From positions 625,114-689,113 of the forward strand of contig CAVQGN010000003.1 of assembly GCA_963712055.1 (NCBI GenBank): 64,000 nt of DNA, in the 5' to 3' direction. The stretch comes from an uncultured Chloroflexia bacterium. Its GTDB lineage: Bacteria > Chloroflexota > Chloroflexia > Thermomicrobiales > UBA6265. Position numbers and translations under genes: made by a program. The notes beneath the pieces were generated by a model. The model ran no database searches, had not been told where the DNA came from, and saw nothing but the letters and a program-made list of their open reading frames with translations. Within the stretch, counting starts at the first letter, position 1. Each line of letters starts with the position of its first letter. Of the stretch, positions 8,392 through 17,738 are shown in pieces.

Positions 8392-9206
8392 CTTTCCAGT
8401 TGGACGCCAAACCATTGGGCCAGCGCCGTCGCGAGTGTGCCAGGATCGGACAAGGCGGTTTCGGTGCGTTCATCACCGATGGCGACGACCAGGGTCTCCT
8501 TGGTAATCGAGACCCGCCCGCTGTCGACCGGTTTCGTGCAGAGGATGCCGCTGCGGAAAATCGATTCGTCAGAGGTTTGATGGTAGCGAGATCGAGCTTC
8601 ATAGTCATCGAGTTGACGGGGGGTGAGATCGAGATCGTAAAGATGGGACCAGTCGCCCTCTTGCGATCGTTTCATGATGCGCCACGCTCGATTAGGATCG
8701 TCTGCCGTCGCCACCAGGTAAGAGATGCCTGTTTCCGGATGTGGACTCGTCACACCGGGAGCGAGGGGGACCGATCGAGATGGGGCGAATTGACCAAAGC
8801 CAACATCAGCCAGCCGCGGGTTCGGATCGCCTGGCACGAACACCTGCAACACGATGTGGTCGAATGGTGGAATTGGCGCTGCTCCGTCCGGTTGCCAGGT
8901 GCCATAGCCGAGGGTGACCGTGAACCCGAGTGCACGGAGGGCGAGGGCCAGAAGACCGTTCTGCTCGAAACAGAAACCGCCTCGGTGGCCACTCACGAGT
9001 TTGCTGAAGATGGCGCCGGGATCGAGAGAGATCGGTCGCTGGAAGTGCACGATATCGAGATTCTCGAAAGGAATGGCCAGTTGGTGTCTCCAGATGACGG
9101 TATCGAGCGTGCTGACATCAGCCGCGGTCTGGCCCACGTACCCAATTCGGTTCAGATACGCGCTGAGTTGATCCTGGGAGAGACGTGGAGCGAGATCAGT
9201 CGTCAT
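8388..9206 (-). CDS. arylamine N-acetyltransferase
   Basis: NAT motifs are present: FENLD, the catalytic Cys context GGFCFEQNGL, and DVGFG. The internal start MTTDLAPRLSQDQLSAYLNRIGY at 9206 is used. The upstream part of the track ORF has no NAT similarity. Confidence 0.8.
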   Translation of the reverse strand: MTTDLAPRLSQDQLSAYLNRIGYVGQTAADVSTLDTVIWRHQLAIPFENLDIVHFQRPISLDPGAIFSKLVSGHRGGFCFEQNGLLALALRALGFTVTLGYGTWQPDGAAPIPPFDHIVLQVFVPGDPNPRLADVGFGQFAPSRSVPLAPGVTSPHPETGISYLVATADDPNRAWRIMKRSQEGDWSHLYDLDLTPRQLDDYEARSRYHQTSDESIFRSGILCTKPVDSGRVSITKETLVVAIGDERTETALSDPGTLATALAQWFGVQLER

Positions 9207-9645
9207 AAAGCCATTGTCCGAGGCGCATGACTTCACGCTGCTTGATTTCCGGTTCGTCGCGCCAGGCCAGGACCCGATGCGGCGCCAGCAGCGCGTAGAT
9301 GAACTGTTCTGCGGTTGCACTAGGGTCGAAACCAGCCACGCGGCAGAAGAGCATATGCGTGGTGGCATCGATCTGATCGACGGACACGACCGTAGCGGTG
9401 ACATCGAACATGATCACATCGCTGGTCGACGGCAGCGCCAGCCGGGCTTTGCCGGTTCGCCGCAGAGCACTGGAGGTCACACTCCGGTCTGCGGTGGCGA
9501 TGATGATCCGTTCCCCATCCCAAACAAACGATAAGGGAATAGCGTGAGGCGAACCGTCGGCACGCACCACGGAGATCCAAAGCTCGTTTTCGCGATCGAG
9601 CGCGGCCAGGATATCCAGAATGCGCTGTCGTCGAGAACGGATCAT
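9196..9645 (-). CDS. pyridoxamine 5'-phosphate oxidase (PPOX)-like, possibly F420-dependent, family protein
   Basis: ELWISVVRADGSPHAIPLSFVWDGERIIIAT shows the PPOX split-barrel pattern. AAGGAG lies upstream of ATG 9645. The 3' end overlaps the NAT start. Confidence 0.7.
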   Translation of the reverse strand: MIRSRRQRILDILAALDRENELWISVVRADGSPHAIPLSFVWDGERIIIATADRSVTSSALRRTGKARLALPSTSDVIMFDVTATVVSVDQIDATTHMLFCRVAGFDPSATAEQFIYALLAPHRVLAWRDEPEIKQREVMRLGQWLYDD

Positions 9646-9876
9646 GGCAAACGACTCCTTTCTGCCGTGCAAACACTCTAGCGGATTCTGCCGGGTCGGG
9701 AGCCTGAGATCAACTGGTTTCGGATTTTTGCCAATGGGTGGAACAGAGAACAGACATAATATCGCGTGATTCCCGGTCGTGTTGGCTTGGCTCGGCAATC
9801 TGGGCGTTGATCGCTCATGCTTTGAGCATGAACACTGCTTCACGCTATACATAAACGATGAAAGGCTCTGTAATCA

Positions 9877-10536
9877 ATGTCAGAAATGGAACCACTTCGG
9901 ATCGATGTTCTTCAGGATTTCGCCTGCCCGTGGTGCCGAATCGGCAAACGCCAGCTCGACCGTGCCACCAATGATATGAGCTTGGAAGATGTGGCGGTTC
10001 GATTTCACCCCTATATGCTCCGCCCCGACCTGCCTATGGAAGGGGTAGATTTTCGGACAATGCTGACCGAAAAGTTCGGTGGTGAGGATACGCTCAAGCA
10101 GATGTTCGATCGGGTTACTAAGGCTGGCAAAGCTGCCGGAATCGAATTCGATTTCGACAAGATCGAGAAATCGCCCAACACCATCACCGCGCATCGGATG
10201 ATGGCGATGACGGCGCCATCTGACCAGAGTGCGCTTGCCGACCGGATCTACGACGCCTATTTTCGCGATGGTCGTGACATCGGCGACATCGACACGCTGG
10301 TCGCGATTGCAAATGAGGCAGGTCTCGATGGCGAGTCGTATCGCGCCCGGTTGAAATCGCCGGAAATGCTGCGCGAAACCGCCGAGGCGGCGATGGGCGC
10401 CGCACGGGCCGGGATCGGCGGCGTGCCGTTTTTCGTCTTTGCTGATCAGGTGCCGCTCTCAGGCGCGCAACCGGTCGAGGTCTTCACAGCCGCCATCGAG
10501 AAGGCGATGAAGCCGGAGCCGACTAACATCTCTTGA
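9877..10536 (+). CDS. DsbA/FrnE-like thiol-disulfide oxidoreductase
   Basis: The CPWC active site lies in DFACPWCRIGKRQL, and GVPFFVF occurs near the C-terminus, as is typical of the DsbA-like thioredoxin family. Confidence 0.8.
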   Translation: MSEMEPLRIDVLQDFACPWCRIGKRQLDRATNDMSLEDVAVRFHPYMLRPDLPMEGVDFRTMLTEKFGGEDTLKQMFDRVTKAGKAAGIEFDFDKIEKSPNTITAHRMMAMTAPSDQSALADRIYDAYFRDGRDIGDIDTLVAIANEAGLDGESYRARLKSPEMLRETAEAAMGAARAGIGGVPFFVFADQVPLSGAQPVEVFTAAIEKAMKPEPTNIS

Positions 10537-10579
10537 TCTCACTGATGAGACTCACCCATCGAGCATAAGCAGGAAATGC

Positions 10580-10608
10580 GGGGAGGCCATTGGCGCTTCC
10601 CCTTTTTT
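10580..10608 (+). terminator. rho-independent terminator after the dsbA-like gene
   Basis: GGGGAGG-ccattggcg-CTTCCCC followed by TTTTTT. Confidence 0.6.
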
Positions 10609-10668
10609 CTGGTGGCTTGATGGCTGGGTCTGCGGGATACTGCCTTCACGATCGAAGGGGAGGCATGC

Positions 10669-11895
10669 ATGCGGGCGCGGTTCGGAGAATCCGGAGGACT
10701 GAGCGTTCTGCTGGCGCTCTCGATCGCCGAACCGGTTTCCTGGGGCGTGCTTTATTACGCTTATCCGGTCTTCATTGGACCGATGGAAGCGGAGTTCGGC
10801 TGGTCGCAAGGTGGGGTGACCGGCGCGTTTTCGCTGTCGCTCCTGGCCGCTGGTCTGGCGGCGGTGCCAATCGGTCGCTGGCTTGATGACCACGATCCCC
10901 GCTGGTTGATGACATCAGGTTCGATTGGGGCGGTGATTCTGTTGATTGCCTGGTCGCGAATCGAATCACTCCTCCAGCTCTATCTCGTCTGGATCGGGTT
11001 GGGGGTCGTTTCGGCAGCAGTGCTCTACGAACCAGCATTTGCCACGATTGCGCGCTGGTTTTCCTCAAATCGGGCGCGCGCCCTGGCTGTTCTCTCGTTT
11101 GGCGGTGGGATGGCGAGCGTCATATTTCTGCCGCTGTCTGCCAGCCTGGTTGATCGCCTCGACTGGCGAGAAGCGGTTCTGGTTCTGACGGTCATCCTGG
11201 CGGCGGTGACAATTCCTCTCCACGCGCTTTTTGTCCGATTTCCGGTGCGTCCGCTGACTTCCGGCGGCGCGCGAGCATCAGCAGCCCGGCTCGGGACCCG
11301 CAAACTTGTCCATCTCCGGTCATTTCAACGTCTTTCGATCGGCTCCGTGATCGCGATGTTCGTTCTGGTCGCCACGTCATATCACATCGTGCCGCTTCTG
11401 ATCGCGCGCGGGTTTTCGCCCGCGTATGCGGGTCTCGCCGCTGGAGCGATCGGCTTGTTCGCGTTGCCGGGGAGGTTGATCACCGCGCCGCTGGCTGATC
11501 GGTTACCCGCCAACGTAGTGCTGGCCGGAATTTTCGCTTGCCAAGCCGCCGGTCTCCTGTTTCTGCTGCTGTCCGGGACTTGGGCGATCTGGGCTTTTGT
11601 GGTTCTGTTCGGCTTGGGTTTTGGGGCGATTTCGCCGGTGCGGGCGGCGCTGGTGGCCGATCTCTATGGGGTGGCTGCTTTCGCCGGAATCAGTGGTGTC
11701 CTGGCGATGTTCGTGGCGCTGGCGCGAGCCGGAGCGCCGATTGCGACGAGCCTGTTTCAGACTCGCCGCGGGTATGACGCGCTGGTGGTGGGACTGGTCG
11801 GAATGCTCCTGGTAGCGATGCTTTTCATTCTCGACGTCAGCGCGGGTGATGAGCACACGGCTAGACGAATGGGAGGGGAAACATTTCCCTCTTGA
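10669..11895 (+). CDS. MFS transporter
   Basis: 408 aa with about 12 hydrophobic helices and two-fold MFS architecture. Confidence 0.8.
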   Translation: MRARFGESGGLSVLLALSIAEPVSWGVLYYAYPVFIGPMEAEFGWSQGGVTGAFSLSLLAAGLAAVPIGRWLDDHDPRWLMTSGSIGAVILLIAWSRIESLLQLYLVWIGLGVVSAAVLYEPAFATIARWFSSNRARALAVLSFGGGMASVIFLPLSASLVDRLDWREAVLVLTVILAAVTIPLHALFVRFPVRPLTSGGARASAARLGTRKLVHLRSFQRLSIGSVIAMFVLVATSYHIVPLLIARGFSPAYAGLAAGAIGLFALPGRLITAPLADRLPANVVLAGIFACQAAGLLFLLLSGTWAIWAFVVLFGLGFGAISPVRAALVADLYGVAAFAGISGVLAMFVALARAGAPIATSLFQTRRGYDALVVGLVGMLLVAMLFILDVSAGDEHTARRMGGETFPS

Positions 11896-11974
11896 CGTAA
11901 GCGAACATCTGTTCTATCGTGATTGAAACCCTGAGTTCGTGTTCCGTTTCAACCACCGCAAGGAGTAATGAGCA

Positions 11975-12715
11975 ATGAGCAATAGTCGATTTGTCTGGCG
12001 CGATCTGATGACCACTGACGTGGAAGTGTCGAAACCGTTTTATCAGGCGTTGTTCGAGTGGGAAACCACCAGTCGCGATATGGGCGATTTTGGTGCATAC
12101 GAGAGTTTCATCGCTGGTTCCGAGGGGTTGGGCGGTGTCGTCCAGCTTGATGCAGAGCACGGATTGCCGTCGCACTGGATCTCCTATATCAGTTGCGAGG
12201 ATGTCGATGCATTCTGCGCCAAAGCGACGGATATGGGCGCAACGATCGGCGTCCCTCCAACCGACATCCCGGGAGTCGGGCGGTTTGCCGTTGTCGCCGA
12301 TCCGCAGGGCGCCTGGTTTTCTCCTTTCCAGGATACGAGTGGAACCGACGGGTCGACGGATGGCAAGAACGTGGTCTGGAACGAACTGATGACCACTGAT
12401 CTGGACGGCGCTGTTGCGTTCTACACGGCGATGTTCGGATGGACGTCGCAGGTGATGGATGTCGGCACAGGGCCGTACACAATCTTCATGGATGGCGAAA
12501 CGATGGTCGCAGGCGCTGGTAAAGCCGAAGAAAGCATGCCGATGTCCGCCTGGGTCATTTATTTCGGGGCCGAGGATGCTGATCGCAGCGCTGACCGCAT
12601 TTCAGAACTTGGTGGAACGGTGCTTTTCCCGGTGATGGAGGTGCCATCGGTGGGGCGAATGACCTGGGCCACCGATCCAGCCGGGGCCGTTTTTGCGATC
12701 ATGCAGGAGAGTTAA
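11975..12715 (+). CDS. two-domain VOC family protein
   Basis: The module F/VVWxELMTTD...FYxxxFGW occurs twice within the protein. AAGGAG lies 9 nt upstream. Confidence 0.8.
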   Translation: MSNSRFVWRDLMTTDVEVSKPFYQALFEWETTSRDMGDFGAYESFIAGSEGLGGVVQLDAEHGLPSHWISYISCEDVDAFCAKATDMGATIGVPPTDIPGVGRFAVVADPQGAWFSPFQDTSGTDGSTDGKNVVWNELMTTDLDGAVAFYTAMFGWTSQVMDVGTGPYTIFMDGETMVAGAGKAEESMPMSAWVIYFGAEDADRSADRISELGGTVLFPVMEVPSVGRMTWATDPAGAVFAIMQES

Positions 12716-12891
12716 GCCCGGCAACAGCGGCCCACACTGCTGGTTGTGTATCAGCCAGGTGCGGGTTGAGGAAATGGCGCGTTCTGATCCAGGTACGCGC
12801 ACCATTTGCTCCTCGGGTTGCACGTTCAATGTCCAGTAGACTGCCAGATCGTAGGTAGCTCTCGAAGGAGTGGCAGGCGAAGGGAGGTATC

Positions 12892-13668
12892 GTGAACGAC
12901 GCATTGATGGGTCGTTTCGGCTGGCATGACCTGATGACAACCGAGATCGACGGAAGCATTGCATTCTATGGCGATCTCTTCGGCTGGTCATTCGACGATC
13001 CCAGGACTGATGGCTATAGACTGGTGAGAGATCGGACAGGTCTTGATTTTGGAGGGCTTTTACCCTGGCCGCAAAGTGGCTCGACCATGGCAGCCTGGGC
13101 AGGCTATGTGCTGGTCGAGAACGCTGACCAGACCGCTGCTCAGGTTCTGGCGGGTGATGGACAGCTCGTGATGCCAGTCGCGGATTTCCCGGATGGGCGG
13201 CTGGCACCAATTCTCGATCCGGACGGCGCTGATTGCGTCATCTTTCAGCCGGAGATGGACAACGACATGTCGCCGCAAGGAAGCGGCGGGGCTGGCGGGG
13301 CCGTTTGCTGGAACGAATTGATTGCTCACGACATCGAGATCGCGACAGAGTTCTATCGGGAGTGCTTCGGCTGGGAGTTCGATCCCCAAGTGGTCGCGAA
13401 CCGGGGGTATGCGGTCGCGCGGTTCGACGGTCGGCCCGTCGCCGGAGTATTCCAACCGGCCACGCCGCCGGAGCGTTCGGGATGGGTTGCCTATTTCTCC
13501 TGTGAAGATATTGAGACCGCTGTCGCTCGAGCGATCGACGGCGGCGCCACCCTCGCCCATCCAGTGAAGTCAATGGCTGGAATCGGGGCGACATGCTGGA
13601 TCCAGGACCCATTTGGGGCGTTGTTTGGTTTGATGAACCCGGCCGAGGGTTGGTTAGATCGACTCTAG
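12892..13668 (+). CDS. two-domain VOC family protein, paralogue of 11975-12715
   Basis: It has the same repeated module (FGWHDLMTTEIDGSIAFYGDLFGW and VCWNELIAHDIEIATEFYRECFGW). GGGAGG lies upstream of the GTG start. Confidence 0.8.
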   Translation: MNDALMGRFGWHDLMTTEIDGSIAFYGDLFGWSFDDPRTDGYRLVRDRTGLDFGGLLPWPQSGSTMAAWAGYVLVENADQTAAQVLAGDGQLVMPVADFPDGRLAPILDPDGADCVIFQPEMDNDMSPQGSGGAGGAVCWNELIAHDIEIATEFYRECFGWEFDPQVVANRGYAVARFDGRPVAGVFQPATPPERSGWVAYFSCEDIETAVARAIDGGATLAHPVKSMAGIGATCWIQDPFGALFGLMNPAEGWLDRL

Positions 13669-13751
13669 ATGACCCTTTTCGCCTGAAGGTGGCGGTGGTA
13701 GGCTGCATGGCAGGTACGAGGGAGTCTCAAATCATTCAGGAGGTCAATACC

Positions 13752-14177
13752 ATGGCCATCACACTCGATACGACAACCGAGTTCGGAACACGAGTCCAGC
13801 ATCGTCTCGAGAACGACCAGATCGCCTGGTTGACCACGATCGACGCGAATGGGATGCCCCAACCGGTCCCGATCTGGTTTTTCTGGGACGGTGTTTCTGT
13901 GCTGATCTACAGCCAGCCTGACCAGGCGAAACTGCGAAACATCGCCCGCTCCCCGTTGGTTTCCCTCCATTTCGATAGCGACGGCCATGGAGGCGATATC
14001 GTCGTTTTCGCGGCTCATGCGGCGGTCGACGACGCTGTTCCGCTGGCGATCGATCATCCGGCCTATCTGGAGAAATACCATGCCGGCATCCTCAGTATCG
14101 GGATGACCGACCTGACGTTTTCTGAAACTTACAGCGTGCCGATTGTGCTGACCCTCGACAAGGTGCGGGGTCATTGA
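13752..14177 (+). CDS. PPOX-class (probable F420-dependent) oxidoreductase family protein
   Basis: IAWLTTIDANGMPQPVPIWFFWDG is the split-barrel signature. CAGGAGG lies upstream of ATG 13752. The track ORF starts earlier, within the preceding gene. Confidence 0.75.
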   Translation: MAITLDTTTEFGTRVQHRLENDQIAWLTTIDANGMPQPVPIWFFWDGVSVLIYSQPDQAKLRNIARSPLVSLHFDSDGHGGDIVVFAAHAAVDDAVPLAIDHPAYLEKYHAGILSIGMTDLTFSETYSVPIVLTLDKVRGH

Positions 14178-14201
14178 GACCGGAACAAGAGGGATGAATC
14201 G

Positions 14202-15518
14202 GTGACCAGCGAGCTACTCAACGAGACTCAGTTTCAGAAAGCGACGCAGGTGCTGGCCAGCGGGGTGTCGGCCGGGATGCGCCTCAATCCCTATATCGGG
14301 ATGCCGCTCTATATCGAGCGAGGAGAGGGTCCTTATCTCTATGGGACCGACGGCAAACGCTATATCGATCTGAACATGTCCAATGGCGCCGCGTTACTGG
14401 GACATGACCATCCCAGCGTTCGGGATGCTGTGATCCACGGAACGGAACTGGGGATTATCTGCGCGGCCGAAACTCCCTATCACGAGGAACTGGCGAGTCG
14501 ACTAGTCGACATTATCCCTGCTGCGGAACGGGTCCGATTTTCCAGCGTCGGGGGCGAAGTGACGAGTGTCGCCTTACGGATCGCGCGCGCGGCGACTGGG
14601 CGGGATAAATACCTCAAGTTCGACGGTCACTTTCATGGATTGACAGAAGCCTGGCTCTATCGGCGGTCGAACCCACTCGATCAGTCGAGTCCCATCGTGC
14701 CATCATCCGAAGGCGTGCCTGCCAGCGGCGCCGCCGACGTCGTCATGGTTCCATGGAACGATGTCGATGCGTTCGAGCAGGCGATGCGGGCGCATGGCCA
14801 AACGTTGGCGGCGGTTTTCTGTGAACCGATCCATTACAACGCCGGGTGTATTCCTCCCTCGGATGGTTTTCTTGAACTCCTGAGAACGCGGACGGCAGAG
14901 CACGGGATCGTACTCGTGTTCGATGAGGTGCTGTCTGGTTTTCGCACCAACATCGGCGGCGTTTCAGCCCAGTATGGGGTGACGCCTGATCTCACGACCC
15001 ACGCCAAGGCGCTTGCGAACGGAATGCCACTGTCTTCGGTGTCAGGTCGGGCTGACTTGATGCAGATGGTGACACCATCTGGTGGTGTCGCCCATAGTGG
15101 CACGTATTCCGGTCACTTGCTGAGTGTGCTGGCAGCCCTGGCGACCCTCGATCAACTCCAGACACCCGGTGCCTATGATCGCTTGCTCGCGAGAGCAGAT
15201 CGGTTTTACGCCGATCTTCAGGCTGTTTTCGAACGGACCGGGTTACCGGTGATGGTACAGGGCAAGGGCGCGCGATTCGGTCTCTATTTTGGACGCACGG
15301 AACCTGTCCGAACCTGGTCGGATGCGCTCGGTCATGACCATGAAATGAATCAGGAATTCGTGCGAGGGTGTCTGGCTTGCGGTGTTTCGATTCATGGCTA
15401 CACTCGCCAGGGACCTCCTGGCCACGCGGGTTTCTCGTTCGCCCATAGTGACGCGGATTTCGCCGAGATTCTGAACGTGGCAGAAGCCGTTTCGGCAGAA
15501 ATGGCGAGGAATCGGTAG
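14202..15518 (+). CDS. class-III PLP aminotransferase (glutamate-1-semialdehyde aminomutase-like)
   Basis: 438 aa with YLYGTDGKRYIDL, LVFDEVLSGFR and a Lys in the TTHAKALANG context, all typical of class III aminotransferases. Confidence 0.85.
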   Translation: MTSELLNETQFQKATQVLASGVSAGMRLNPYIGMPLYIERGEGPYLYGTDGKRYIDLNMSNGAALLGHDHPSVRDAVIHGTELGIICAAETPYHEELASRLVDIIPAAERVRFSSVGGEVTSVALRIARAATGRDKYLKFDGHFHGLTEAWLYRRSNPLDQSSPIVPSSEGVPASGAADVVMVPWNDVDAFEQAMRAHGQTLAAVFCEPIHYNAGCIPPSDGFLELLRTRTAEHGIVLVFDEVLSGFRTNIGGVSAQYGVTPDLTTHAKALANGMPLSSVSGRADLMQMVTPSGGVAHSGTYSGHLLSVLAALATLDQLQTPGAYDRLLARADRFYADLQAVFERTGLPVMVQGKGARFGLYFGRTEPVRTWSDALGHDHEMNQEFVRGCLACGVSIHGYTRQGPPGHAGFSFAHSDADFAEILNVAEAVSAEMARNR

Positions 15519-15645
15519 TCGTCAAGCCCTCACGGTGAAGAACGATTTGACAACGTAGCCGGGACTGCGAAATCGGTTCATTGGCGTGCGTGCAGCCAAG
15601 GCCGTGTGGGATACTTTCTGGCTGCCTCAGTGATCGTCACAATCG

Positions 15646-16578
15646 GTGACAGGATGGGGCGCCAGGAGACCAGCCATTTCATCGCTCGTTCCGCAAACAC
15701 CGCCTGAACAAAAGGAACTGACCAGGTTACTCTTCGAGATCGCCGTTGAGCGCCGCAAACTGACGGCTCGGCTCGACGAACGGGAAGCGCTTGAACTGCT
15801 GCTCAGCCAGTTCGCTGCCGAGGTGAAAACCCGGGTTGGCGATCTCAAGGAAGAGATCCGAACGCTCCGGGCAAAACTCGAGGAAATGCGACACCTCCTC
15901 GCCCGCCTGAAAGAAAACCCGGACATTGCACCAGCCGAGGTCGAGCGCGAATACGCCGAATTGATCGACGACGTAATCGATGAAGCGAACGGGTACGGCT
16001 TCAATGGCCGAGCGGAACGTCCCCCGTCGCGAGCCTTGCCCGCCCGGCCTTCTGCGTCCGTCGAAACGACTCGCGAGGTCATGAGGATCTACCGCATCCT
16101 GGCCAAGCGCTATCACCCGGATCTCGCCCGCAGCCCGGCCGAACGCGACCGGCGGACAGAGTTGATGCTGCGCATCAACGTGGCCTATCGCGATCACGAC
16201 TTGCCGACCCTGCAAACCATCCTGCTTGAAACCCAAAGTGAAGGACCAGTCACCGCCAGCGATCTGGTTCGGCAGCGACTCGCGTGGGCCCAGCACGAGT
16301 TGACCCGGATCAAACGGGAGCTGCTCGCGACCGACTATCGAATTCGGGTGTTGTCCGAATCCGAAGGTTATCAACTCTGGGAAACCCAGCAGAAAACGGG
16401 AACGGCGCTCGACGAGCTCGAAAAGCGAACCCGTGAACGATTGCAGCGCGAACGCGTTCGAGTCGAAGACGCGTCCGCCCAATATGTGCGTATGTCAGCG
16501 CGCCGACAGGTGACACTGCGGCGAGCTGCAGAGCGTTTGTCATCCGCTGAGCCAGTGGGCAGTCCTGGTAGCGATTAA
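15646..16578 (+). CDS. J-domain (DnaJ-like) protein with an N-terminal coiled coil
   Basis: YRILAKRYHPDLA carries the HPD tripeptide in J-domain context. The flanking sequence is heptad-rich and Glu/Arg/Leu-rich. Confidence 0.7.
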   Translation: MTGWGARRPAISSLVPQTPPEQKELTRLLFEIAVERRKLTARLDEREALELLLSQFAAEVKTRVGDLKEEIRTLRAKLEEMRHLLARLKENPDIAPAEVEREYAELIDDVIDEANGYGFNGRAERPPSRALPARPSASVETTREVMRIYRILAKRYHPDLARSPAERDRRTELMLRINVAYRDHDLPTLQTILLETQSEGPVTASDLVRQRLAWAQHELTRIKRELLATDYRIRVLSESEGYQLWETQQKTGTALDELEKRTRERLQRERVRVEDASAQYVRMSARRQVTLRRAAERLSSAEPVGSPGSD

Positions 16579-16628
16579 GAACCAACACATTACTGCAACT
16601 AGCGCATAGAGGCTTCGCGCTTTGCAGT

Positions 16629-17165
16629 TCACAACGACGTCGACGTCGTTGTGAACGTACTTTCCATGGTCGGTGAGTTTCTGAGGGTCGACGCGACGAC
16701 GCAGTATTGCTCAGCCCGGCGTGCCAGTCGCTCAAGCCGATCCGCTGGCGCGTCTGCAGTCACATGCACGCTGGTGCGAATCTCCTGGAAACCGACGGGG
16801 ACTTCGGCGTCAATCCCCATCGTGCCCAGAAAATCCATATCTCCTTCAACAACGATTTCGACACTGTCGAGTGTGATCCCCATCACGCCAGCAACCATGC
16901 GCAGGGTGATTTCCTGGCATGCTGCCAGGGAGGCGAGGAGGAGATCGCCGGAGCAGGGAGCATCTCCGAACCCTCCCGCGAACGGATGGGCGCTGCTCGT
17001 CCAGGTCCACGATGGGTCGGCGTCGGCGGCAACGGTCGAGCGCATGGGATGATTGCCGCTGGTGACGCTGCGAACCGAGATCGTGGTCTGACCAGAGGCA
17101 GGGTCAGTGGAGTATTGAGCTTTCAGCGGTGCTTGTCGTTCACGGAGATCGATTGCATCACTCAT
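16629..17165 (-). CDS. OsmC/Ohr family peroxiredoxin-like protein
   Basis: PCSGDLLLASLAACQEITL and the C-terminal EQYCVVASTL contain the two conserved OsmC cysteines. Confidence 0.85.
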   Translation of the reverse strand: MSDAIDLRERQAPLKAQYSTDPASGQTTISVRSVTSGNHPMRSTVAADADPSWTWTSSAHPFAGGFGDAPCSGDLLLASLAACQEITLRMVAGVMGITLDSVEIVVEGDMDFLGTMGIDAEVPVGFQEIRTSVHVTADAPADRLERLARRAEQYCVVASTLRNSPTMESTFTTTSTSL

Positions 17166-17303
17166 TTGCAGATCCTTTCGTCGGAAACAGCGGCTCAGTT
17201 ACGATATCCGATTAGCATAGACGGCAAATCCGCGTGGTGGCGGCGCTTGCAGGGTGGTACGAGCGTGTTCAGTGGGTCGATCCGGTCACAATCCTGGTTT
17301 GCG

Positions 17304-17615
17304 ATGCTCGTTCCGCTGGGAGTGATGCTGGGTGGCGGGATACTCGTTGATCTACTGCCAATCAGCGGCGCCTTCTGGATCGTGTTTTATCTGGCAGCGG
17401 CGTTCCTGGCTGGCTGGATGTTACCGCGACGGGAGGGACTCTGGGTGGTGCTGATTGCCACGATCGTCGTGATGATCGGCACGGCAATCGTCGCCAATGA
17501 CCAATCTCATGCTATTGGCGGACCGGTGCCAATCCTGGAAACGCTTTTCGTGGTGACGTTGCCGATGACGGTACTCGTTCTGGTTGGGGGATCACGCAAA
17601 CGAAAGCGAGCCTAG
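17304..17615 (+). CDS. hypothetical membrane protein (about 103 aa)
   Basis: Only the 3' third of track ORF 16707-17615 lies outside the OsmC gene, and that part encodes three hydrophobic helices. The start is ATG 17304 or GTG 17265. Confidence 0.4.
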   Translation: MLVPLGVMLGGGILVDLLPISGAFWIVFYLAAAFLAGWMLPRREGLWVVLIATIVVMIGTAIVANDQSHAIGGPVPILETLFVVTLPMTVLVLVGGSRKRKRA

Positions 17616-17738
17616 CGAGTTGTGGCTCGAAGCAAACTATGGGTCCGCGATCCATGTGCCAGTCGATGGTTCGTCCACGCGTGGGTAGGGGTGCGAGTCT
17701 TGACGTCCGATCGGTTGTTTGTTTGGAGGAGAGTTCCC

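Noticed and set aside
8382-9230. 282-aa ORF on the + strand
   Set aside because: It is antisense to the arylamine N-acetyltransferase, whose catalytic motifs lie on the - strand.
15727-16482. 251-aa ORF on the - strand, and the 151-aa ORF at 15627-16082
   Set aside because: Both are antisense to the J-domain gene. The + frame carries the HPD J-domain signature, and neither antisense ORF has any recognisable motif.
16707-17264. 5' two-thirds of the 302-aa + ORF
   Set aside because: It is antisense to the OsmC-family gene. Only the part beyond 17265 is unique and hydrophobic.
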